Shown here piece by piece: positions 20,903 through 29,398 of a DNA stretch of 45,466 bases. The translations under genes and the position numbers were made by a program. Source of the stretch: a bacterium (GTDB lineage: Bacteria > CLD3 > SB21); assembly GCA_013360215.1 (NCBI GenBank), contig JABWCP010000026.1:1-45466 (forward strand). Direction: 5' to 3'. Position 1 is the first letter of the stretch, and every line of letters begins with the position of its first letter. The notes below the pieces were generated by a model that was not told the origin of the DNA, did not search any database, and saw nothing but the letters and a program-made list of their open reading frames with translations.

Positions 20903-21268
20903 ATGGCAACAAAGAAGCCTGCCAAGAAAAAACCAGCTAAAAAAGCTGCGAAGAAGACCGTAAAAAAAGCTGCTAAACCGAAGAAAGCAGCCAAACCGGC
21001 GAAGAAAAAAACAGCCCGTAAACCCAATGCGGCGTTTATGGCTAAACTCACGCCCAGCGCGACTTTAGCAGCTGTTATCGGCGATCAAGCCCGTCCCCGT
21101 ACGGAAATGATCAAAAAGATCTGGGACTACATCAAGAAGAATGGTCTCCAGGACAAAACGAACAAACGCATGATCAATGCAGACGACAAACTCCGCGCCC
21201 TTTTCGGCGGCAAGAGCCAAGTCTCCATGTTTGATCTCGCCAAGCTCGTTTCCAAAAACGTTGCTTAA
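20903..21268 (+). CDS. SWIB/MDM2 domain protein with a Lys/Ala-rich histone-H1-like N-terminal tail
   Basis: ATKKPAKKKPAKKAAKK... tail; RKPNAAFM, PRTEMIKKIWDYIKKNGLQD..NKRMINADDKL..LFGGK.QVSMF. Confidence 0.92.
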   Translation: MATKKPAKKKPAKKAAKKTVKKAAKPKKAAKPAKKKTARKPNAAFMAKLTPSATLAAVIGDQARPRTEMIKKIWDYIKKNGLQDKTNKRMINADDKLRALFGGKSQVSMFDLAKLVSKNVA

Positions 21269-21286
21269 TCGCGATTTGCAACCGAT

Positions 21287-21320
21287 AAAAAAACCCGCTC
21301 ACGAAGCGGGTTTTTTGTTT
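21287..21320. terminator. Bidirectional Rho-independent terminator between convergent genes
   Basis: AAAAAAACCCGCT-CACGA-AGCGGGTTTTTT with A- and T-tracts on either side. Confidence 0.85.
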
Positions 21321-21345
21321 TGTATGCGAAACGTATCTATGATGA

Positions 21346-24300
21346 TTACTTCATTCCTATCGGAAAATCCTGCCCCCAAATAAAAATCGTCGGATACTGT
21401 TCTTCTCCCTTATATTTTTTTGTGATCTCCGGGATTTTATCATCCACATACGCTTTGATACTTGAGACGGTCAATTGACCGTTGGGTAAACCGGCTTGAC
21501 CGCCCAGCGCATCAATCAAAACATACGTAAAAGCGCCGTGTTTGAGTGCGGCTAACTCCGTGGCAAATTGTTCCTTCGTCGTGGATGCGTAGATCACCGA
21601 CCCCGAAGCCCGACTCAGTTTGGCTAAGGCATTTTCCTCTGCCGCACCGCGCACGGCAAACTGCTGAGCAAACGCGCCTGAATTGCAGGCATCCACGAAC
21701 ATGACTTGTTTGGTCGCTTTGATATCAGACAAAATTTTACGCATTTCGGTCCCGGAAATACCTTCCTGCGCACACTTCATCGGATCCGACATTTGTGTAA
21801 CTTCACTGAGGATATAAAAAAATTCATTCCGCGATGGACCGTTTTCTTCGATATCCATGGCCATGCCATGACCTGCATAAAAAATAATCAACACATCTTC
21901 CGGTTTCGCCGCGGCTTGTATGGATGCCAATGCTGCCAAAACGCCGGCCCGGTTGGCTTCTCGATCAAGTAAAAGTGTGGTATGTATATTGGAAAATATT
22001 TTCTTCGCTTTGGGCGTAATCGCATCGACAAAACCTTGCGCGTCGCCGACACAGTAATTTAGGTTATACTTGGCATTACGATACTGATTGATACCGACAG
22101 CCAAAATATGCATATCCGGTTTTGATAAGATCGGCTTACGGTATGTAAGAAGCGCTATGACGGGATTGGACTCCGATTTATCATCCGACATTCCGATAGC
22201 CGACAGTTTATTTTCGCCTTCCGACAAAGTGACGGAAAATTCATGTTCTATTTTTTTATCACGTGAGGTTGTTTTAAATCCTCGAATATTTTCTCCGACC
22301 GCCTTGCCATTATTAAACAAGCGCACACCCCAAACCCCGCCGCCGGCGTCTTCGGCGATAATTTTTATTCGGATGACCCCGTTGCTGATATGTGCCGTTT
22401 TTTCGTTTTCGGAAACCAGTGGTACATACTGACCGTTATGACCTAATGCCAGTAGTTTAAGCGTCGGCGGTATTTTAACGCCTTGAAGCAGGCCGTCCGA
22501 GCTACCCATGGTTTCAATAGCGCGACCCGCTAACTTAGCCTGTATAATATCCGGCCGAAAATAGGTTTCAAAAAAATTATCAATCGTGTACACCTGATCG
22601 CCGGCCGAAATATTGATATTACGGGCGCCTGCACCGCCGGCATCAAAGTACCCTTCGCGTGTCATGGTGACCCAATCCGCATCACCGAGCGAAATGAATG
22701 AAACATACTCCGCCCCGGATTCGACGTCCCACATGCGAACACTGCCATCCGCGCCTGCCGTAAATGCGCTTTTGCTGTCCGGAGAAAAACATACTAATCC
22801 TATCGTGCCGGTATGTCCTTTTAATGTGCGCCATTCCGTTCCGTTATCATTACGCCAAATCTTGATTGTTCCGTCCGCACTTCCGGACACAGTCCACCTT
22901 CCGTCGGGTGAAAGACCTGCCGCCGTAATTCCCTCATACGGTTTCATGAAAGCCAGCGGGATCAATGTATTAAAACTGCGAATCAGTTTTCCCGACTGAC
23001 TGTCCCATAGTTTCAAGGTATTATCTTCATGACCCGAAAGAATCATTTTTCCATCGAAGCTAACGGAGACGCACCGCGGTGTTCCCGCTTCACTGTGCAA
23101 CTCAAAAACCAATTGCCCGCTTGGTATATCCCACACGGTCAATAATCCGTCGAACGGCGCATAAGGCGTTTTCCAAAACCCGATGACCACCCGCCGCGAA
23201 TTCGGAATAAACGTTATGTCGCTCCAAGTGATGTGCGGCGATCGCCATGTACTCAACATCACACCGTCGCGGGTCTGGTAAGCCGCAAATTCATTTTCAT
23301 TGGCCGAAATAGCTATTTCGCCATCATCGGACAATGCCGCAAACGGGACTTCTGTTTTGAAGGTGCGCAAGGGTTGTTTGGCCGTGATGTCCCACAGGGA
23401 TGCCACGGATGCGTGATCCACTAACAAAGCAAACTTCCCATTGTTTGAAATCGCAACACTTTGCACGTCACTGACTGTCGAAAGAAAGGCCGCCGCAGGT
23501 TTTCCGGAGCGGACATCAAAAAAGCGGAGTCTGTTTTCGGAATTTGCTAGGATGAGCGATCCACCGTCCGGGGTTGTGCGTACGTCATTTATTCGACCTT
23601 GCACGACACCCTGATAACGCAGGATAGGTTCCGTCGTATCATTATTCCACATATGAATACGCCGACCGTCTATACCAAAAATCGTAGACCCGTCCTTCAT
23701 AAATGCACAGGCCTTGATACTGACGACCCCATTCTCAGCTTTCATTTCATCGACCTTGCGATACGAATCCGCTTGCAGTTGGCGCAATGGTTCGCCGGTC
23801 TTTCTATCCCATACATAATACCCTGATAATTTATGAGCGGATAGAATTTTCTTTTCATCCGGAGAGAAAAAAATCGAAATGGCTTCATCCATTTCATCAC
23901 TGGCAAACATAGCCGGCTCGGTTTCATAACCGAATGTGCGCACACTTAGCCCCGCCGTGATGTCCCAAAGTTTGATTGTATTGTTCCTTTCGCCCGTTAC
24001 GACATAACGCGTATCGCGCGTAATGGCGGCCGTCATGGCGTTTGATGAATCCAACTTCCGGATGGTTTGTCCGCTCAATAAGTCCCATATGTGCAATCGC
24101 TCTGCCGTGGTGGCGATCACCCCATCGGGTCGGTCATAGAGACGGGAGATGGCTTTTTTACCGTCATCCGATATACATAGGAGGGATCCGACATTTTGAA
24201 AGCGACGTTCTTCTTTTCCTGTTTGTAGACTGTATTCGATGACCGCATCCTCCGATGACGATACCAAAATCGAATTCCATGCGGGCCGCACCAGCATGGC

Positions 24301-24687
24301 GGTCATTTCGTAATTCAACCGTATTTTCAATTTTCGAACACCCGAAACACTCTCCCAGATCATGACACTCGAATCTTTCGACGATGCCGAAACAATGGTT
24401 TTCCCGTCCGGAGAAATGGCCACATGCGTCACGGGCGCGGTGTGTCCTCGAAACGTTCGCACCTCCTTGGCGGACGCGATTTCCCAAAGTTTGACGGTAG
24501 CATCGGTACTTCCCGTCACCAAAAAACGATCATCGGATGTTTTGTCAAGCCCGAGTACTTGGCTCGAATGACCGGTTTGAACGAATATGCTGAGAGCGCC
24601 GGAAGTTGGAGTCTGTGCCGATAAAAATGAAGCGACGCATATGAAATAAAAACACAAGCGTAACACCAGAGACCACAATGCATTCAT
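21346..24687 (-). CDS. Secreted WD40-repeat protein with C-terminal caspase-like (peptidase C14) domain
   Basis: Signal peptide; GH...S.D..VKLW repeats; LAVGINQY...LNY...DA; catalytic dyad motifs FYAGHG and FVDACNSG; HGAFTY. Confidence 0.92.
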   Translation of the reverse strand: MNALWSLVLRLCFYFICVASFLSAQTPTSGALSIFVQTGHSSQVLGLDKTSDDRFLVTGSTDATVKLWEIASAKEVRTFRGHTAPVTHVAISPDGKTIVSASSKDSSVMIWESVSGVRKLKIRLNYEMTAMLVRPAWNSILVSSSEDAVIEYSLQTGKEERRFQNVGSLLCISDDGKKAISRLYDRPDGVIATTAERLHIWDLLSGQTIRKLDSSNAMTAAITRDTRYVVTGERNNTIKLWDITAGLSVRTFGYETEPAMFASDEMDEAISIFFSPDEKKILSAHKLSGYYVWDRKTGEPLRQLQADSYRKVDEMKAENGVVSIKACAFMKDGSTIFGIDGRRIHMWNNDTTEPILRYQGVVQGRINDVRTTPDGGSLILANSENRLRFFDVRSGKPAAAFLSTVSDVQSVAISNNGKFALLVDHASVASLWDITAKQPLRTFKTEVPFAALSDDGEIAISANENEFAAYQTRDGVMLSTWRSPHITWSDITFIPNSRRVVIGFWKTPYAPFDGLLTVWDIPSGQLVFELHSEAGTPRCVSVSFDGKMILSGHEDNTLKLWDSQSGKLIRSFNTLIPLAFMKPYEGITAAGLSPDGRWTVSGSADGTIKIWRNDNGTEWRTLKGHTGTIGLVCFSPDSKSAFTAGADGSVRMWDVESGAEYVSFISLGDADWVTMTREGYFDAGGAGARNINISAGDQVYTIDNFFETYFRPDIIQAKLAGRAIETMGSSDGLLQGVKIPPTLKLLALGHNGQYVPLVSENEKTAHISNGVIRIKIIAEDAGGGVWGVRLFNNGKAVGENIRGFKTTSRDKKIEHEFSVTLSEGENKLSAIGMSDDKSESNPVIALLTYRKPILSKPDMHILAVGINQYRNAKYNLNYCVGDAQGFVDAITPKAKKIFSNIHTTLLLDREANRAGVLAALASIQAAAKPEDVLIIFYAGHGMAMDIEENGPSRNEFFYILSEVTQMSDPMKCAQEGISGTEMRKILSDIKATKQVMFVDACNSGAFAQQFAVRGAAEENALAKLSRASGSVIYASTTKEQFATELAALKHGAFTYVLIDALGGQAGLPNGQLTVSSIKAYVDDKIPEITKKYKGEEQYPTIFIWGQDFPIGMK

Positions 24688-27513
24688 TTATCGTCTCCAT
24701 TCCTGAAGCAACGTCGCGATCAGGCCCGTCCATCCCGTCTGATGGGAAGCGCCCAGCCCGCGCCCGGTATCGCCGTGAAAATATTCGAAGAATAATACAT
24801 AATCTTTCCAATACGGATCGTTTTGAAACTTCTTAATGTCGCCATAGACAGGACGATGCCCATTGGCGTCGCGTGTAAAAATGCGAATCATCCGCTCCGC
24901 GATGTCCTTTGCCAGATCTTTGGGGCGAATCAATTTGCCGTCGCGTGTGGTTCCGAAATCATCGCCGTACGCTTCCGAAAATTTCTGCAAAGCGTTGATC
25001 ATCAGGTAACTCGTCGGAAACCAGATCGGGCCGCGCCAATTGGAATTCCCGCCTTTGATTTTGCTGGTCGCCTCGGCCGGTTCGTATTCCACTTTTTTCT
25101 CACCGAAATAATACGGATGCTCGGCATGGTATTTGGACAAACTGCGCAGTCCTGCCGGTGATAAAAATTCCTCCGGATCGCACATACGCTCCATGATACG
25201 CTGCAGCTGATGCGCATCCACGATGGACAAAATGTGACGGCGATTGGAAGCATCCGTTTCGTCAATATACACGCAGCGCTGAACGATGTCCGGGCGATTG
25301 CGTACAAACCAATCCAGATTGGAAACAAATTCTTTATTCGCTTCGACATCTTTGGCATTGAGAATGTCTATCGCGTACATGGCGATGAGACCGACCAAAG
25401 AGCGCACACGAAATTTTTCGTAACCGCTGTGATTGGGATAGACCAATACATCATAAAAAAATCCGTCCTGTTCGTCCCACAGTTCGATGCCTTGCTCGCC
25501 CATGTTTTTCATCGCGGCACCGACGTAGATGTAGTGCTGGACAAATTTTGTGGCAAGACCTTCATAGACTTTATTGTAGCGCGCCAGTTCGAGACAGATG
25601 CGCATGAGATTGAGGCAAAACATACCCATCCATCCGGTCGCATCGGACTGCTCCAGCACCGCACCGCCGGGCAGTTTTTCGCTGCGATCCACGACGGTGA
25701 TATTATCCAGTCCGAGAAATCCGCCTTCAAACACATTATTGCCCGACGCGTCCACTTTATTGATCCACCAGGCAAAGTTCATCAGCAGTTTGTGAAAACA
25801 TTTTTCCAAAAATACCAGATCGGGTTTGCCGGTACGATCGCGATCCATCGTATAGACTTTCCACACGGCCATGGCGTGCACCGGCGGATTGAGATCGGAA
25901 AATTCCCATTCGTACGCCGGGATTTGCCCGTTGGGATGCTGAAACTGCTCGAAAAGCATGATCCACAACATTTCTTTGGAGTACTCGATATCCAGATCGG
26001 CAAAAGCGATCGTGTGAAACGCCAGATCCCACGCGGCAAACCAAGGATATTCCCATTTGTCGGGCATGGAGATAATGCGCATCGAGTTCAGATGGCGCCA
26101 GTGGTGATTGCGTATCGTCCAGCGCGATTCGGAGGGCGGCATCGTAGGATCATCACCCGTCAGCCAGCGATTGACATCGTACAGGTAGATTTGTTTGGTC
26201 CACAAAAGGCTCGCATACGCCTGGCGCATGACATTGCGTTCATCGGCGCTGAGTTTGGGCGGGTACACGGTTTCATAAAACTCGTCCGCTTCGTTTTGGG
26301 ACGTTCTTACTTTTTCGTCAAATTTTTCAAACGGCGCCTGGAGTGTCTCCGGCGTCAACCGCAGACGATATACTTTGCTGCTTTTGGCCGGTATCGTATC
26401 CGTGTAGTGAAAGCACGACTTCGTCCCGATATGATCCGGATTGATGCAGTTTTCTTTGTTCACGATATAGCGGTGAAAAGCATCTTTGACATGCGGTTTG
26501 GCGCTCGGTACGCCGTAGAGTTTTTCGTGATGGGATTCGTTATCCGTAAAATAAATTTCCGGATTGCCTTCGGCGTAGAGATAGCGTTTGCCGAGTTGAT
26601 ACAGAAAAGGAAGATTTTTAAATGTCTCCATCGTCGTATCGTCGCTGATGACGCTGACGAAGTTTTTTCCTTTCGGACCCGGTACGATGGTCGGTTCGCC
26701 CGTACGCGGTTTACTCCAGCCCCAGCGATTGCGAAACCAATAGTTGGGCACGTAGTGAAACGGTGCATCCTGATCGCCGCGGTTATGCACTTCCACGCGA
26801 ATAAGTATATCCTCCGGCCCGGCTTTGGCGTATTCGATAAAAACATCAAAGTACCGGTCCTCATCAAAAAGACCCGTATCCAAAAGTTCAAATTCTTCCC
26901 CTTGTCCCTGACGGCGTTTGTTTTCGTCGATCAGCCACTGATAGGGATATTCCGCCTGCGGGTATTTATAAAGATATTTATTGTATGCGTGCGACGGTAC
27001 GCTGTCGAGATAAAAATAATATTCTTTCACGTCTTCGCCGTGATTGCCTTCCAGCGGCGTGAGGCCAAACAAACGTTCTTTCAAAATCGGATCTTTGCCG
27101 TTCCAAAATGCTGGAGCAAATGTCACGACCTGATAGCGGTCACACCATCCGGCGATGCCGTCTTCGCCCCACCGAAAAGCTTTGCTGCGTGCATGGTCAT
27201 GAGAAAAGTACGCCCATGCATTGCCGTCTTTGCTATAGTCTTCGCGCACCGAACCCCAGGAGCGTTCCGACACGAAAGGGCCCCATCGGCGCCACGGCGG
27301 TACGCCGGGCGTAAATTCTTTCATCCGCTTGTGTTCGGCGGTTTCTTTGGACTCCGCCGTTTTGGCATCGGCTTCATTGGGTGAAGGGTTGACGGTCGGA
27401 TTGGCGGCAATGGCCTCGCGCAGTTTTTTGGCATCTTCTACGCCGAAAATCATCGTTTTGGGTGTGGCTGAAGACGTTTTTTTTCCTTGCGACTTGGACT
27501 TTTCAGAAGGCAT
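24688..27513 (-). CDS. GH63-like (mannosylglycerate hydrolase MGH1-like) glucosidase
   Basis: [85 protein letters not shown]. Confidence 0.92.
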   Translation of the reverse strand: MPSEKSKSQGKKTSSATPKTMIFGVEDAKKLREAIAANPTVNPSPNEADAKTAESKETAEHKRMKEFTPGVPPWRRWGPFVSERSWGSVREDYSKDGNAWAYFSHDHARSKAFRWGEDGIAGWCDRYQVVTFAPAFWNGKDPILKERLFGLTPLEGNHGEDVKEYYFYLDSVPSHAYNKYLYKYPQAEYPYQWLIDENKRRQGQGEEFELLDTGLFDEDRYFDVFIEYAKAGPEDILIRVEVHNRGDQDAPFHYVPNYWFRNRWGWSKPRTGEPTIVPGPKGKNFVSVISDDTTMETFKNLPFLYQLGKRYLYAEGNPEIYFTDNESHHEKLYGVPSAKPHVKDAFHRYIVNKENCINPDHIGTKSCFHYTDTIPAKSSKVYRLRLTPETLQAPFEKFDEKVRTSQNEADEFYETVYPPKLSADERNVMRQAYASLLWTKQIYLYDVNRWLTGDDPTMPPSESRWTIRNHHWRHLNSMRIISMPDKWEYPWFAAWDLAFHTIAFADLDIEYSKEMLWIMLFEQFQHPNGQIPAYEWEFSDLNPPVHAMAVWKVYTMDRDRTGKPDLVFLEKCFHKLLMNFAWWINKVDASGNNVFEGGFLGLDNITVVDRSEKLPGGAVLEQSDATGWMGMFCLNLMRICLELARYNKVYEGLATKFVQHYIYVGAAMKNMGEQGIELWDEQDGFFYDVLVYPNHSGYEKFRVRSLVGLIAMYAIDILNAKDVEANKEFVSNLDWFVRNRPDIVQRCVYIDETDASNRRHILSIVDAHQLQRIMERMCDPEEFLSPAGLRSLSKYHAEHPYYFGEKKVEYEPAEATSKIKGGNSNWRGPIWFPTSYLMINALQKFSEAYGDDFGTTRDGKLIRPKDLAKDIAERMIRIFTRDANGHRPVYGDIKKFQNDPYWKDYVLFFEYFHGDTGRGLGASHQTGWTGLIATLLQEWRR

Positions 27514-27595
27514 GGAACCTCGCAGTGTAAAACTTTATGAGAACGTATAAATACTTAGGTAGACGGAGATTGGTACAGGTAGTTTATCTGACCGG

Positions 27596-27697
27596 GCGAA
27601 GAAATTCAAGAGGAAAACTTCGGAGGGAAATTTGAGTTCAATGCGAAATAGAATTTCGCCTGAGTACACGTGCGGTTCATCTGTTAGCTTGCGATCA
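27596..27697. repeat. ~100-bp imperfect direct repeat, copy 1 (left of the TA module)
   Basis: GCGAAGAAATTCAAGAG.AAAACTTCGGAGGGAAATT...GTTCAATG.GAAATAGAATTT.GCCTGAGTACACGTGCG...GTTCATC...GCTTGCGA, matching 28435-28537. Confidence 0.9.
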
Positions 27698-27752
27698 TGT
27701 GGATATTAAAAAAAATGTAAAATATTTCGATGATCGTTACATCGGTTCTATT

Positions 27753-28110
27753 TTACAAGACATCTCTATATCGTACTTTCTTGGCCGTAAGTACGACAAA
27801 ACGGTTGGGCAATTCGTTCGATTTTTCAAGAACGGTATGTAAAGCGCTTACAATTTTATCCAGTTCCTCAGATCGGTACCGAAGGAAAATTACGCCTTGA
27901 GCTTTGGCTTTATGCGCAAATATCCATTCTCCAAAATCGCTGTCTTCGGTCAGGAGGATGGCCGCAAAATCACGCGCCAGTGCTAAGACCGTTTCGTCGG
28001 AAACGCTTGGGTATTTTTCGAGAACGGAAATGACTTCGAAGGATGTGCAGCGTAGAGTTTTGATAAGATTGTAATTAAACGCTTTCGTCGGCCAGTATCC
28101 TAATGGACAA
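27753..28110 (-). pseudogene. DUF5615 (VapC45-type) PIN-domain toxin, frameshifted
   Basis: TTG 28110 reads LSIRILADESV then TAA. Removing one T at 28077-28079 gives NYNLIKTLR...SDETVLALA...ILLTEDSDFGEWIF...GVIFLR...FVVL...VRYRDVL*. The span is 358 nt, one base more than a whole number of codons. Confidence 0.85.
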
Positions 28111-28324
28111 GCATTTCCTCCTTGGCTATGACGTCCACCGAATAGGAAAGCGCCGCTAAAACATCTTCCTTTGTTAAATGCGGATACCCTTGCAGTAAGG
28201 CTTCCATCGTCATACCATCTGATAATTTACGTAAAACCAATTCCACCGTAATGCGCGTACCTTTAATGATCGGCTTTCCAAGCATGATGGCGGGATCGGT
28301 TGTGATGCGTTCGCGATAATCCAT
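28100..28324 (-). CDS. DUF433 (VapB45-type) antitoxin
   Basis: RITTDPAIMLGKPIIKGTRITVELVL...YPHLTKEDVLAALSY; GGAGG upstream; overlaps the start of the PIN toxin. Confidence 0.93.
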   Translation of the reverse strand: MDYRERITTDPAIMLGKPIIKGTRITVELVLRKLSDGMTMEALLQGYPHLTKEDVLAALSYSVDVIAKEEMLVH

Positions 28325-28434
28325 AGAATACCTCCGTTTTAATTATAAAACATTCCCGTATGTTTAGCAATACAAACCCATATTTCAGCTAACGCAATAT
28401 AAACTTTGGATTGCACCATCGCGCTATCAGTGTA

Positions 28435-28537
28435 GCGAAGAAATTCAAGAGAAAAACTTCGGAGGGAAATTGTGTTCAATGTGAAATAGAATTTTGCCTG
28501 AGTACACGTGCGCAGTTCATCGATTGGCTTGCGACCA
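28435..28537. repeat. ~100-bp imperfect direct repeat, copy 2 (right of the TA module)
   Basis: Aligns by eye to 27596-27697 with scattered substitutions and small indels. Confidence 0.9.
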
Positions 28538-28627
28538 GGTAAACGTCACGGAACTCTGTGGGTCAACGTGTGTTGTACGAGTCATATCGCTAGCCGGTGA
28601 GAGCAAATTAAAAACCAAAAATGATGC

Positions 28628-28917
28628 AGGGGAGAAGTCTCTCCCCTCGCCTAAGATATAGATAGGCGACGTGGCCACGCTTACGGCGTGGAAATGTCAG
28701 CGTCCAGTAAGGGCGTGGTAGATCAGGAAAGCGATGAAAAAATGTCAATCGAAAGCATGAGCCTGCCTCGCGCACCAAACGCGGGGTGTAGCGGCGCTTA
28801 GGCGAAAGCACGCGAAAGCGAGATGTCGTTCGGATTCAAGAATGATAAGGCAGCAGGAGATGGTCCAAAGGATCAAGCACACAGAAAAATTCACCGCAAT
28901 CAGCAACAACGATGCGG
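28628..28917 (+). ncRNA. Candidate large structured non-coding RNA of unknown family
   Basis: About nine consecutive stem-loops, two closed by GAAA tetraloops; non-Watson-Crick pairs are G-U on the + strand; no credible ORF. Boundaries approximate. Confidence 0.5.
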
Positions 28918-28957
28918 AAAACCACTTATAGCCCGTGTAAACCACAAGATAAAACAT

Positions 28958-29389
28958 TTAGAGATAAAGAATTTTAAACACCATAAACAGGAGAATTAAA
29001 AACAAGATTATTTGTGTGTAAACGAAAGAATAATTTGCCGTGACGGTTGCGTTCCTTGGCATAATAATCGATATGGCTTTAAATAGTCGATATGTACCAC
29101 CGAATGCGCCCCAATAGCCGAAAAGCTTCCCATCTGCAAAGTAACAGGTTTTAACTGAATCTCCGCTTTTATAAGTCACTTTGATAAAACAATTCACAGG
29201 ATCAGTCCCTTGCAAACCTAGATGCAAAGCAATCAAGTTCGATATTTCTATTTTATTTTTTTTCCCAATGAAACTGATTTGACCGTGCTCTATTCTTAAT
29301 TTCCCTTTATCTCTTTTAAAGGCCTCCTCAAAGTTCATTTTCAATTGCGGGTGGTCTCTATACCAAATTCCTCGATATGTTTTGTTCAC
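28958..29389 (-). CDS. Hypothetical protein, putative immunity protein for the adjacent RHS tip
   Basis: Starts 10 nt after the RHS stop, AT-rich, C-terminal TM helix. Function inferred from position only. Confidence 0.6.
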   Translation of the reverse strand: MNKTYRGIWYRDHPQLKMNFEEAFKRDKGKLRIEHGQISFIGKKNKIEISNLIALHLGLQGTDPVNCFIKVTYKSGDSVKTCYFADGKLFGYWGAFGGTYRLFKAISIIMPRNATVTANYSFVYTQIILFLILLFMVFKILYL

Positions 29390-29398
29390 ATTCTTTCC

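Noticed and set aside
20734-20940. 68-aa ORF upstream of the SWIB gene
   Set aside because: Low-complexity translation of an AT-rich promoter region.
25210-27384. 724-aa ORF on the + strand
   Set aside because: Antisense shadow of the GH63-like gene; no recognisable motifs, explained by codon bias of the real gene.
27596-28537. Integron attC sites or a CRISPR array
   Set aside because: GTTAGCT (27683) and CAGCTAAC (28386) occur but do not bound one long palindrome; there is no integrase, only two repeat copies and no regular spacers or cas genes.
28608-28957. Two short minus-strand ORFs (67 and 70 aa)
   Set aside because: No family motifs or convincing RBS; they overlay the hairpin-rich segment, which is better explained as non-coding.
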